From Promethearchaeia archaeon (GTDB lineage Archaea; Asgardarchaeota; Lokiarchaeia; Sigyniarchaeales; SOKP01): 64,000 nucleotides of DNA. Shown here piece after piece: positions 10,600-20,591 of this stretch (position 1 is the stretch's first letter; every line of letters starts with the position of its first letter). The notes below the pieces were generated by a model. The model was not told where the DNA came from. It searched no databases and saw only the letters and a program-made list of their open reading frames with translations. A program made the translations under genes and the position numbers. Location of the stretch: NCBI GenBank assembly GCA_029856045.1, contig JAHQWG010000012.1, positions 32,001 through 96,000 on the forward strand, given 5' to 3'.

Positions 10600-13500
10600 T
10601 TAAATCTTAACTTGATAAATTTCTTTAAAAAATTCAATTTGAGAAACTACTTCTGATATTATTAAATCTCTTTCTTCGTCTGTTATATTAAACAAATCAA
10701 ATATTTGGGTATCAATCTCCTTAAATAATGGATAAATTTCATTATTTATTTTATTATCATTATTTTTTAAATATTGATTAATTTCATCCACATTTAAGAT
10801 AATTTTATTTAAAACGTCCTCATTTGGTTTAAGAATAGGAAGATGTCTAATCATATATTGATTTAAATTGATTGTTGTATCGCTCTGATTATTAATCGCT
10901 TTGATACAATAAAATTGAATCAATGCTGAATTAATAATTGCAGATAAGTATTTTAATTCATTCTCGTCCTCATGAAGTAAAGAATAAATCGAAGATGTAA
11001 AACATACATTATCTTCTGTATATAAAGATTCAGGAATTATACTATTATGTTTAATTAATAGTTTTGGATTTTTATAGTATTCATAATTATCTCCTTTTAA
11101 AATGCTTGATGATATTTCTTCAATGTTAAAAGATTTATTTTTTTTAAAATAATAATATCTCATATCTTCTTTAGCATTGATAAAAATACAGTTACCATCT
11201 GAATTATCACCAAGTTTCTTTTTTACTTCAATTAACCCTATTTCTTCTTCACCTCGAACCATTTTTGGAAAATCTTTAGTGTTTAGATAATTCAGATTTC
11301 CTGTTTTTTCAATTTTATTTATTAAACTGAATATTTCAATTGATGGTTTTATTCTAATTCTATTTAAGGGTGATGTATCTCCAGTACATATTGGACATTT
11401 TTCATTAAATGTATAATAATAAAAACTAGCATTTCCATCATAATAACTACAATTTTGATTATTACATATTTTTATTCGATCTATTTTATTAGATGCATCT
11501 ATATCTTCCTTCAAACCATATTCAATTCTTAATTTGTTTTCAAACAAATCCTTTACCTTTAATATTTCAGAATATTTTGGATCTGTATGAAAAAAAGTAA
11601 TTTGTACTTCATTTGTAGCCCCCTGAAATTGTCCAGAGCCTATATCAGTTATTTCATAGATTCCTACGTTTTTTAATAGAGTATTTCGAATATCTAAATA
11701 TTTTTGCCTTAATAAATAAGATTTTGGTGTAAGAATTCCAGCATATTGAAAAGAAATTTCCTTTCGTGCAAGTTTATATAAAAAATTTATATATATATCT
11801 TCAGTTATTTTATCTTTTGTTTTTAAAATTTTTTTAGCTAATGGGTTTAAAATATTTCCATAAGGAGGATTTGCTATAATAATATTAAATCCTTTTGTAT
11901 TAATAAAATCCGAGAATTCCATTGACCAATGAAAACATTTCAGATTTTTTAATTCTGATTCATTTATAAAAAATTTTATGCGAATTTCCTTAATTAAATT
12001 TTCATTAATACAACTTATAATTTTTTTATAAATGTTTAGTGGATCTTGAGGTTTAAATTTATGATTATGTTCGGGTTGAAATACAATATTAGAGAGAGAA
12101 ATGGAATTTTTTCTAAATGTAATTCCTTTAATTTCTTTCCCAAAATCATCAAATTTAATCTGATTTTTAAGTTCATCGGTAAAAACCAAATTATCATTTA
12201 ATTTTATTAGAATTGATTCCACATAATTTAAATTTAAATCATAAAATTCTTTAGGTTTTACAATAAGTTCCTTACAAATTATTTTTTGCCTTTGATATTC
12301 TTTAAGTAATAATTTATCAAAATTTTTATTATAATTATTAGTTAATTCTATTATTTCAGATCGTAATTGATTTCTTTTTATTGTATCTCTTTCTTTATAA
12401 TATTCTTTTATTTTTTTATTTCTTTCTAATAACATTTGGGATAATGACTCTTTCTTCTTTCCAGCCCATTCACTAATTGGGGTAAACTCAATTTTATACC
12501 CCGTTTTTTTATCTACAGTATCAATTTTTGTAACACCTTTTGTATAGCCAAATAGACTATTACCCGCTCTTATATTATAATCAATATTGGGTAATGGCTC
12601 TATTTCAATATTCAATGTATCTAAATTTGAGGGGGGTTGAACGATCCATAACCATAATCTTAATTCACATATTTCAACTGCGGATGAATTAATATCAACT
12701 CCATATAAATTATTTTGAACGACATAACTCTTTAAATCATATAAGTCTTTAAATGGTCGTTTATCTTTATCAATTGATTCTGTGGATTTATAGGGTAATT
12801 CATTCAATCCAATATTTTTAATAAAAAAGTTATAAATTTTTACAATTAATTCCGCCATACTAACTAAAAACGCTCCTGAACCTACTGCTGGGTCACATAC
12901 TTTAAGATCTTTGAGAATTTTAATTGCATATTCAAAAATTTTGGTTTTTGTTTCAAGCGGATACATTTTTATTTGTTGAATCGTTTCTAGTTGCCATGGT
13001 AAAAGCTCTTTTAATCCCTGATTAATATTATCGAGAAGATATCTTTCCAGAGTATTTTTTGAGATATAATTAGTAATTATTGATCGAGTGTAATAAGTTC
13101 CAGTTTTTTTTCGATAATCTCCTATAGATTTTTCAAATATGTATCCTAGAATATTCGGGTTAATTGAATTATTATTTTCAGTGTCCTCATCATTCAGGTT
13201 TAAAGTAAAATTATATTTTTTTAAAAATTTCCAAATGTCAATAATTGCTTCAGAATTTAATGAGATATTGGGATTATTTTCTTCAATTTCAGAAATTCTA
13301 AATAGACCACCATTTAAATATGGTAAATCTTTAAATCTTTCCAATATGTCTATTCTCTTGCCATCATTATTAAAAACATTAAAAAATAAACTTCTTAAGC
13401 TATTAAAATAATTTCTTTTATGCTCTAAATTAAAAATTTCTTGTATAGGATCAAATTTTAATAATTTCCAATCTAACAAAATTTTTATAAACATTATTCT

Positions 13501-14277
13501 AAAGAATATAGTTCTAAAAAATGTGATTTTCATCTGATTGAACTCTTGATCAGATGTATTAGTAGGTCTATTTAACCCTTGAATTAAAATTGTCTTATTT
13601 TTTAAATCTAATAATTTTCTTAATTTATTACTAAATTCAGCATAGAAAGCTCTTGTTATTTTTTCTCCTTTTTCATCTTCTAAATAGATCCTTTCTTGCC
13701 TAATTGCTACATCGCGAATAATTTCCAATATTTCAGCAGGAGTTTTTTTGACTGGTATCATATTATTTGATTTTTTATCATAGATTAATAGATACCATTC
13801 ATTAAAATTTGTAACAACTGCATTATAGTCTTGTTCCAGTCCAACACAAAAATGAAACCACTCTATCGCTTGTTCAATGCCTTCTTTATTCCCTAATTTA
13901 GTTAGATCTTTATTTAAACTTTCAATTTCAAAAAGTAATGATTTTCCTTCTCCTTTATTAATGATTCCAAAATCAGGGTAACGATTAAATGAACGACCTC
14001 CAAATGAAGTTGCCATTATTCTAATCTGGGGTACGATTAAATCATCCATTACTCCCATTTTATAAAATAATTTTTTAATATAACTTTCAGTTATAGCTTC
14101 AGGTTTAGCACCTTGAGTTGAAGGTAGCGGTTTTATATGATAAGAACTAAGAACCAATCGAGTTTCTGTTTTATAATGTGAAAAAAATAATTTTTCCTTT
14201 AATTGTTCATCGTCAACAATGATATTTATAAAATCATTCTTTATTTGCTCATATATATCTTGAAAATTCATCTTCAC
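10600..14277 (-). CDS. Type IIG (Eco57I-like) fused restriction endonuclease / N6-adenine methyltransferase
   Basis: N-terminal PD..EIE nuclease-like motif, YLNGGLF, LGYIFE, G.YYT, DPAVGSGAF (motif I), YGVDIN, ANPPY (motif IV), TaqI-C-like TRD. Confidence 0.88.
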   Translation of the reverse strand: MKMNFQDIYEQIKNDFINIIVDDEQLKEKLFFSHYKTETRLVLSSYHIKPLPSTQGAKPEAITESYIKKLFYKMGVMDDLIVPQIRIMATSFGGRSFNRYPDFGIINKGEGKSLLFEIESLNKDLTKLGNKEGIEQAIEWFHFCVGLEQDYNAVVTNFNEWYLLIYDKKSNNMIPVKKTPAEILEIIRDVAIRQERIYLEDEKGEKITRAFYAEFSNKLRKLLDLKNKTILIQGLNRPTNTSDQEFNQMKITFFRTIFFRIMFIKILLDWKLLKFDPIQEIFNLEHKRNYFNSLRSLFFNVFNNDGKRIDILERFKDLPYLNGGLFRISEIEENNPNISLNSEAIIDIWKFLKKYNFTLNLNDEDTENNNSINPNILGYIFEKSIGDYRKKTGTYYTRSIITNYISKNTLERYLLDNINQGLKELLPWQLETIQQIKMYPLETKTKIFEYAIKILKDLKVCDPAVGSGAFLVSMAELIVKIYNFFIKNIGLNELPYKSTESIDKDKRPFKDLYDLKSYVVQNNLYGVDINSSAVEICELRLWLWIVQPPSNLDTLNIEIEPLPNIDYNIRAGNSLFGYTKGVTKIDTVDKKTGYKIEFTPISEWAGKKKESLSQMLLERNKKIKEYYKERDTIKRNQLRSEIIELTNNYNKNFDKLLLKEYQRQKIICKELIVKPKEFYDLNLNYVESILIKLNDNLVFTDELKNQIKFDDFGKEIKGITFRKNSISLSNIVFQPEHNHKFKPQDPLNIYKKIISCINENLIKEIRIKFFINESELKNLKCFHWSMEFSDFINTKGFNIIIANPPYGNILNPLAKKILKTKDKITEDIYINFLYKLARKEISFQYAGILTPKSYLLRQKYLDIRNTLLKNVGIYEITDIGSGQFQGATNEVQITFFHTDPKYSEILKVKDLFENKLRIEYGLKEDIDASNKIDRIKICNNQNCSYYDGNASFYYYTFNEKCPICTGDTSPLNRIRIKPSIEIFSLINKIEKTGNLNYLNTKDFPKMVRGEEEIGLIEVKKKLGDNSDGNCIFINAKEDMRYYYFKKNKSFNIEEISSSILKGDNYEYYKNPKLLIKHNSIIPESLYTEDNVCFTSSIYSLLHEDENELKYLSAIINSALIQFYCIKAINNQSDTTINLNQYMIRHLPILKPNEDVLNKIILNVDEINQYLKNNDNKINNEIYPLFKEIDTQIFDLFNITDEERDLIISEVVSQIEFFKEIYQVKI

Positions 14278-14411
14278 TATTTGTAATTAAATATTATTCA
14301 TCTATAGAGAGGATTTTTAAATTTATAACATTAACTGAAAACTATGACATTTAAATTATTTGCCGACTTGAATAGTGATTATCCCTTATAGAATAATGTC
14401 GGTATAAATGA

Positions 14412-14762
14412 TTACTCTAGTAATAGCAATTGATAATATGCTTGTTGTGCGAGTTGAGGAAAAATGGAACAAAAATTAATGTGATTTGTTATAGTAAAAA
14501 TACGGGATTTTCCAATCTCATCGGGGCGAGCGATTCTATAAGATATATTTATTTTTAGAAGAATAAATATTAAGATCATGAATCTACGTTTTGAGACAAT
14601 CTCAATACCTCGTACATTTGCACGCCTTGCATAATAGACAACTATATTATGAGAAAATTATCATTCAATTTCGGTTCTAATTTTCATGAACATAAGTATT
14701 TACTCGTCTGTCCAATTTTTCGGAATATAATCTATCTTAAAATTTAATCTATCAAAAAACTT
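14412..14762 (-). pseudogene. Degraded C-terminal fragment of a DDE transposase (IS4/IS5-superfamily-like)
   Basis: Manual translation: KFFDRLNFKIDYIPKNWTDE*ILMFMKIRTEIE**FSHNIVVYYARRANVRGIEIVSKRRFMILIFILLKINISYRIARPDEIGKSRIFT; RxxIExxF and VRG motifs, three in-frame stops. Confidence 0.65.
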
Positions 14763-15044
14763 AATAGCAAAAATTTATAAATTTAAGGGAAATTATATAA
14801 TAACCCTGACAATATCCAAAATGAGATAATTAAAGTTTATATCAGAATAAGATTATAAAATTTCAAAAATGAATTTAATTTCTTGTTTTAAAAAGATCCT
14901 CTATAAAAACTTTAAATAAAAATTTAAAATATTTTATTAAAGTTAAAAATTTGAATTTTCAAATTATATTAAAAATAGGAGAGAAATTTACCCCAAAAAA
15001 ATAGTAAATTAACAATAAAAAATCTTACTTTTATCTAATTCTAC

Positions 15045-15242
15045 TTAATAATTTAACTTAAAATTCTTATTCAATGGGACATTAAATCTTTTTGCATTCA
15101 TTAATGTTTTTCTAATTTCTTTACCACCGCATTCTGAAGAATCTTTAAATTTACAAGTTTCGCAATATTTTAATCCTTTCACTTGGATCCAAAAACATTC
15201 TTTATTACTTAGATTTATTTTTTTGATTATTATTTCTTTCAT
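15045..15242 (-). CDS. Small Cys-rich putative metal-binding protein
   Basis: C-x10-CxxC-x6-CGG pattern; ATG 15242 preferred over 15305 because it avoids overlap with the + strand ORF. Confidence 0.55.
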   Translation of the reverse strand: MKEIIIKKINLSNKECFWIQVKGLKYCETCKFKDSSECGGKEIRKTLMNAKRFNVPLNKNFKLNY

Positions 15243-15298
15243 TTTTTTATTGTGTTTTTTAATAAAAAATTCTAGGAGTTCTCTAATAAAAAAATAAA

Positions 15299-15595
15299 AT
15301 CTCATTTAATTTAGTAAATTTTTCAGAAGTAGTATGTAAATTTGATAATTTCCACGCTAAATTCTTTATTGAGTTAACTGATCTGATTACTTATCAAACT
15401 TATTTTAAGAACTTAAAAGAGTTACCTAGTTTATTAGATATTTTTAATGAGTATATAAAAAATTACACATTAAAGATAGAAAATTTAAAGAATCTCTCAA
15501 GGCTTAAAGAATTCATTGAGAATAGTAATATTTTCAAGTCTGTAAAAACCAAAATATATTTAAATCCTTGGATTCAAGAGATAAATAAGGTTTAA
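15299..15595 (+). CDS. Hypothetical protein missed by ORF track (no ATG/GTG/TTG)
   Basis: Stop-free frame 15290-15595 (ISFNLVNFSEVVCKFDNFHAKFF...YLNPWIQEINKV); upstream AGGAG at 15274. Confidence 0.5.
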   Translation: MSFNLVNFSEVVCKFDNFHAKFFIELTDLITYQTYFKNLKELPSLLDIFNEYIKNYTLKIENLKNLSRLKEFIENSNIFKSVKTKIYLNPWIQEINKV

Positions 15596-15631
15596 AGAAA
15601 AAAAGTAATTTGAATTTATAATTTAAAAAAG

Positions 15632-15850
15632 GTGATAATAATAAATATCTCAAAATTTATTTCCGAGCATTTAATCAATAAAGAAGTCGATGTATATTGC
15701 ACACATGACAGTTCATTTCAGGGAAAAGCTATAGGTTGTGCCGATAATGTATTAACTTTATTGGATAAAACTGCAACTATGACTTTTATAAACATTCCAC
15801 ACATTATTGCGATCTGGGAAAAAAAAAGAGAGAAAAGCGATAAATCTTAA
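15632..15850 (+). CDS. Small Sm/LSm-like fold protein
   Basis: L.NKEVDVY....FQGK....DNVLTL......FINIPHIIAI pattern. Confidence 0.6.
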   Translation: MIIINISKFISEHLINKEVDVYCTHDSSFQGKAIGCADNVLTLLDKTATMTFINIPHIIAIWEKKREKSDKS

Positions 15851-15868
15851 ATAGAAAGTACAAATATT

Positions 15869-16714
15869 CTAATCTATTTTAAGATTAAACAGTTTTTTAG
15901 CATTTTTATAAAAGATATCTCTATAAAAGTTTCTTGATAAATCGAGATCTAGCAATCCTAACATTGAGTTTTCATAGGAGTATGGAATATTTGGGAAATC
16001 AGAACCAAAAAGAATACGATCTTGATATGATAAGAGTACATCTGGTTTTGGGCGTTTAATCTTTCTTTCAGGAAAAATATTATTACGGATATAAATCATT
16101 GTGGTGTCCAAGTACAAATTTTCATGTTTATCAAGTAATTTAATGAATTTATCATATTCGAATGCACCCATATGTGCAATAATGAGCTTCATATCTGGGA
16201 AATTATCCAGAAATTTTTGAAAATTTTTTATTCCTACATATTCATTTCTATATGGTGCTGTTCCTGCATGCCATGTGATAATTTTGTTATATTTTTCAAC
16301 AATTTTGTAGATTTTCTTCATTCTCGGGTCGTTTGGATAAAATTCTTGAACTAAAGGTTGGATTTTTAACCCTTGAAAATTGTAAAGACTAAATAATTTT
16401 TCCGTATATTCTTCACGATTTTCATCTTCAGGCCAAACAGTTCCAAAGGGTATTGCATTAGGATTTTCTTTTACAAATTCATTTGTCCATTCATTCATTT
16501 CTTCTGCGATGTTTTTTTTATGGGCGTAATTATATGTTGTAAATGCCTTCACATGGTTTTTTTCTAAAGTTTGAATTAATTCATTATTTGGTAATTTATA
16601 AAATATCGGCCACTTGTGCTTTTCAAAAAAATTCCAAATAGATTTAAACATTTTTGGTGAAAAGAAATGAGTGTGTGAATCGATATATTTAAAATCTGTT
16701 GAAGTGTATACCAT
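15869..16714 (-). CDS. Amidohydrolase_2 family metal-dependent hydrolase
   Basis: IDSHTH, WHAG, IAHMG, LFGSDFP, NAKKLF. Confidence 0.9.
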   Translation of the reverse strand: MVYTSTDFKYIDSHTHFFSPKMFKSIWNFFEKHKWPIFYKLPNNELIQTLEKNHVKAFTTYNYAHKKNIAEEMNEWTNEFVKENPNAIPFGTVWPEDENREEYTEKLFSLYNFQGLKIQPLVQEFYPNDPRMKKIYKIVEKYNKIITWHAGTAPYRNEYVGIKNFQKFLDNFPDMKLIIAHMGAFEYDKFIKLLDKHENLYLDTTMIYIRNNIFPERKIKRPKPDVLLSYQDRILFGSDFPNIPYSYENSMLGLLDLDLSRNFYRDIFYKNAKKLFNLKID

Positions 16715-16781
16715 TATTCAATTTAATAAAGAGTTAATATTATTAAAATATTTAGTAATATTTAGTTATATATTACTAGAG

Positions 16782-18290
16782 ATGAGTGATTTAAACCAAA
16801 AAAAAGAATTTTATGATTATATTGGCAATAGTATAAAGTTTTTTAACGAGAAAATTGATGAGTTTAATTTTCCAATTAGAATTTTTACTCATTATGACGC
16901 CGACGGATTATGTTCTGGTGCGATCCTTTCCGTTATGTTATTTCGAGAAAAAATTCCATATCACCTTACAATAAAAAAGCAATTAGATAGACAAAATATC
17001 CAAGAAATAGCAAAATTTACTGAGAAATCTAATAATTTTGTGATTTTTTCTGATTTTGGAAGCGGACAATGTCAAGAAATCGAAAATAACATTAAAAAAG
17101 GTCAATATATAATTTTAGATCATCATTTACCCCAAAAAATTGCCAATAAAGAAATGAAAAAAGAATTGAAAATTTTAAGAGAGAAACACTTTCCATATCA
17201 TGTTAATCCATATTTTTTTGAAATAGATGGAAGTATAGATGTTTCAGCGGCAGGTATATGTTTTCTTTTCTCTAGAACTATGAATCCTGCTAACATTGAT
17301 TTATCTCCCTTGGCAATAGTCGCAGCAACAGGTGATATACAAAATCAAGGGCCAAGTAGGACTTTTATAGGTTTAAATTCTGATATTTTAAACGATGCAT
17401 TAAAAGAAAATAAAATTGAAGTAAAAACAGATTTAAATTTCTCAAGTTTCAAGCCATTAAATCAAGCCATTGCATATTCTAATGAGATTCAACTTCCTGG
17501 ATTATCTCAACGCGAAGATGTCTCTTTAAAATTTCTCCAAAAAACAGGAGTTTTTGTTGAAAATGTTGATGGAGAGATAAAAACTCTGAATGAGTTTAGT
17601 TGGGACGAGAAAAGAATTATTTCTTCAGCAATAGTCAAATATGCTGTGGATTCCTGTGGATTGGATCCAGCAGAAATAACTGAAAAATTAATTATCAATA
17701 AATATCTTCTTTTAGATGAAATTAACTATCCAGAACTTTCAGAAACAAGTGAATTCTCCCGTCTTCTCAACTCTTGTGGAAGGACAGGGAATTCTTCCTT
17801 GGGTATTGCCATCGCTATGGGAGATAGAATTAAGAGTATAGAAGAAGTTAGAAAGATTTTAAAAAATTACAAAACCAGCTTATCTAAAAGTGTAGAGTGG
17901 ATACTATCAAAAAAAAAGTTAAAGAGTATGGAGCATATTCATTATTTTTATGGAGAAGATGTGATACCAGAAGAAATTATTGGAACTATTTGTTCCATGT
18001 TAATAAATTCTCAATTAATAGATAGAACCAAGCCGATTTTTGGTTATGCAGACAAGATTGGTGAGGATTTCTATAAAATTTCAGCTAGAACAACAATAGA
18101 TTTAGTAAATGATGGTGTAAATCTTTCACAAGTAATAAAGGAAGCAATAAGATTAATGAAAGTTGATACTTTGGGTGGCGGTCATCCACCAGCTGCGGGC
18201 ACTAAAATTAAAAGGGAAAAAATTGATGAATTTTTATTAATATGTGATAAAATCATAAAGAAACAATTAAAACAAAAAATTTCTTTTTAA
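16782..18290 (+). CDS. DHH-family exonuclease RecJ/GAN (Cdc45 homologue)
   Basis: HYDADG, SDFGSG, LDHH, LLNSCGR, GGGHPPAAG; start reset to ATG 16782. Confidence 0.9.
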   Translation: MSDLNQKKEFYDYIGNSIKFFNEKIDEFNFPIRIFTHYDADGLCSGAILSVMLFREKIPYHLTIKKQLDRQNIQEIAKFTEKSNNFVIFSDFGSGQCQEIENNIKKGQYIILDHHLPQKIANKEMKKELKILREKHFPYHVNPYFFEIDGSIDVSAAGICFLFSRTMNPANIDLSPLAIVAATGDIQNQGPSRTFIGLNSDILNDALKENKIEVKTDLNFSSFKPLNQAIAYSNEIQLPGLSQREDVSLKFLQKTGVFVENVDGEIKTLNEFSWDEKRIISSAIVKYAVDSCGLDPAEITEKLIINKYLLLDEINYPELSETSEFSRLLNSCGRTGNSSLGIAIAMGDRIKSIEEVRKILKNYKTSLSKSVEWILSKKKLKSMEHIHYFYGEDVIPEEIIGTICSMLINSQLIDRTKPIFGYADKIGEDFYKISARTTIDLVNDGVNLSQVIKEAIRLMKVDTLGGGHPPAAGTKIKREKIDEFLLICDKIIKKQLKQKISF

Positions 18291-18367
18291 TCTTTTTTAG
18301 AATATTTTTTTTCTTTCAAATTAAAAAAAATTACTGAATTTTCGATTTTAATTATTAAGATATATAT

Positions 18368-18937
18368 TTAGAAAAATAAGAAATATCGTGGCACTTTATT
18401 CTTATATTCTTTATATGATTCACCATATTGTTCTAATAACCTTCTTTCCTCACCCAAAATTCTAAAATGTGAAAATATTGCGTAAAAAACAAACGATATT
18501 ATCGCAATTCCTGAACCTATAAGTATAGAGCTTCCAAGAGTAGAAAGATATAACATAAGTTGCTGAGGATTTCGTGAAATCTTATATATTCCCAAGGTAA
18601 TTGGTTTGTCAAGTGGAGTATTTTTAAAATTAAAAATTGCTACAATAAATCCAACAGTTCCCAGTAATAATATTACTAAACCAATTATGAAATCAATTGA
18701 TAAAAAATTTATTGGGGTAAAGATCATTAAAAATAAATTCAAAAGGGCAAAAATTTTCGAAATCTTAGCTAAGATTTTTTGTGACTTTGTCCAACCTTTC
18801 TCATCATAAAGCCTTTCTCTTACTTCTTTAGAGCAAGTTAAAATTAACAAAAAAAAAATTGAGTAGGATATTACTATAAATATCCATCCGTTAAACCAGT
18901 CTAATCTAAGTTCTGGAAATAGTTCCATTTTATTCAC
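18368..18937 (-). CDS. Isoprenylcysteine carboxyl methyltransferase / PEMT-like membrane protein
   Basis: GIYKISRNPQ, EERRLLEQYGESYKEY..KVPRY. Confidence 0.85.
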   Translation of the reverse strand: MNKMELFPELRLDWFNGWIFIVISYSIFFLLILTCSKEVRERLYDEKGWTKSQKILAKISKIFALLNLFLMIFTPINFLSIDFIIGLVILLLGTVGFIVAIFNFKNTPLDKPITLGIYKISRNPQQLMLYLSTLGSSILIGSGIAIISFVFYAIFSHFRILGEERRLLEQYGESYKEYKNKVPRYFLFF

Positions 18938-19197
18938 TAATAAAGATATTTTATATTTTTTAGAAAGCTTTTAGCTGTATCTAATAAAATAAAAAGATTA
19001 TATGATATTTAAATTTTTATTTATCAAATTTACCTTATTACTTAAATCTATAATGAAATACTAATAAAATAAAATAGAATATAATAAAACAAGAAGAATT
19101 TATCCTCATATAAAATTAAATAAAGCTAAAAAAAACATATTAAAAATAATTAATAGATTTTCTTCTAACTATTTTGGGTTGTTATATCTCTTAAATC

Positions 19198-19620
19198 TTA
19201 ATTTGACTTTTTCATCCTTTTTGCTAATAATATTGTAGGCATTGAGATTAGTAAGAAACAACTAAGATATAATATAGAAAGAAATGAAATTTTACCCGTG
19301 TATCTATTAACATTTATATCAACGACTATAAGGGAAGTTATAGCTATTAACATTGCGCAAATAAAAATTATTAAAGAATCTAATTTTAGAGGGAACCCCT
19401 TTTTTAATTTCAATACACGGTATTCATCTTTAGTTATAATTAGAATTGTTAATGCGATACAAAAAAGTATCCAACCTATAATTTGGATAATAAATATAAG
19501 AATAGAAAACGGAGTAAGTAAAGTAAAAATTAACGAAAGGATAATCATAATTGTTCCAATTATAAGGTTTAATAATCCCATGTCTGAGAATTTTGACATA
19601 CCAAAGAAAGAATATTTCAT
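19198..19620 (-). CDS. Hypothetical membrane protein (about 4 TM)
   Basis: Four hydrophobic segments. Confidence 0.6.
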   Translation of the reverse strand: MKYSFFGMSKFSDMGLLNLIIGTIMIILSLIFTLLTPFSILIFIIQIIGWILFCIALTILIITKDEYRVLKLKKGFPLKLDSLIIFICAMLIAITSLIVVDINVNRYTGKISFLSILYLSCFLLISMPTILLAKRMKKSN

Positions 19621-19805
19621 TTAATATTTAAACCTTTTGAAGTTTATTTAAAGATTAATTTAATATTTTTATCACTGAATTTTGTACCAAACCACTATTT
19701 TACCTTTATTTATTCCTAAAAAAAATTAAATGCTCAGAAAATTTCTCTTATTAAAAGAAATTATTCTCTTTATATATCTTTTAGATATGGAGGAATGAAC
19801 GGAAT

Positions 19806-20531
19806 ATGAAAGTCTTGGCAATAAATAGTAGCCCAAATATGGGTAAGGGTAGTACTGCTATGATTCTTACTCCCTTTCTTGAGGGAATGAAAGAAGCGGG
19901 AGCACAGATTGAATTATTTTACACAAAGAAGTTAGATATTAAACCGTGTCAGGGGGAATTTAACTGTTGGCTCAAAACACCAGGTAAATGTTTCCAACGG
20001 GATGATATGCAAATGCTTCTACCCAAGCTAGGTAATTCAGATATCTGGGTATTTGCAACTCCTGTCCATTGTGATGGAATCTCTGGATCGCTACTGAGTT
20101 TGTGGGAAAGAATGATATCAGTAGCGAAGCCATTCGTAGAGCTACGGAATGGACACTGTCGCCATCCTCTGCATGAGGGATTCAAACAAGGTAAGGTTGT
20201 GCTGGTTTCAACCTGTGGACATTTCGAATTAGATAATTTCGACCCAATGCTTTTACATATTAAAGCATTTACTGCGAATTCCAATAGAGAATTTGCTGGG
20301 GCATTATTACGTCCCCATGGAGCTGGATTGAGGATTATGAGGAAGATGGGCGTGCAGATGGATGATATCTTTAAAGCGGCAAAAGAAGCAGGTCATCAAC
20401 TCATTGTTGATGGTAAGATGTCTCCTAAAACCCTAAATACTATCAGTCGCGAACTTATATCACTAGATATGTATTTAAAAGGAGTCAATAAGGCATATCA
20501 GCGTATTTTTGACAGTTTGAGAGAAAAATAA
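19806..20531 (+). CDS. Flavodoxin-like iron-sulfur flavoprotein / NADPH-dependent FMN reductase family
   Basis: AINSSPN, PCQGEFNCW..TPGKC..RDDM, FATPV; GGAGG SD. Confidence 0.88.
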   Translation: MKVLAINSSPNMGKGSTAMILTPFLEGMKEAGAQIELFYTKKLDIKPCQGEFNCWLKTPGKCFQRDDMQMLLPKLGNSDIWVFATPVHCDGISGSLLSLWERMISVAKPFVELRNGHCRHPLHEGFKQGKVVLVSTCGHFELDNFDPMLLHIKAFTANSNREFAGALLRPHGAGLRIMRKMGVQMDDIFKAAKEAGHQLIVDGKMSPKTLNTISRELISLDMYLKGVNKAYQRIFDSLREK

Positions 20532-20591
20532 AATAATAGATTTTGAAAACTATTATGTTAAGTTAAAATTTTTGAATATAAAGAAAAATAT

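Noticed and set aside
14519-14537. CGGGGCGAGCGATTC resembling the reverse complement of a tRNA-Pro 3' end (att site)
   Set aside because: No T-loop GTTC or rest of a tRNA; better explained as the IARPD codons of the transposase relic
14629-14652. CATAATAG..CTATATTATG palindrome / dif-like site
   Set aside because: Spacing does not fit 11-6-11 and it lies within the transposase relic coding frame
16671-16781. 37-aa N-terminal extension of RecJ
   Set aside because: Overlaps the divergent amidohydrolase start and AT-rich promoter region; ATG 16782 is more plausible
20545-20565. TTATGTTAAGT XerD-like half site after the flavoprotein gene
   Set aside because: No matching left arm; expected by chance in AT-rich DNA
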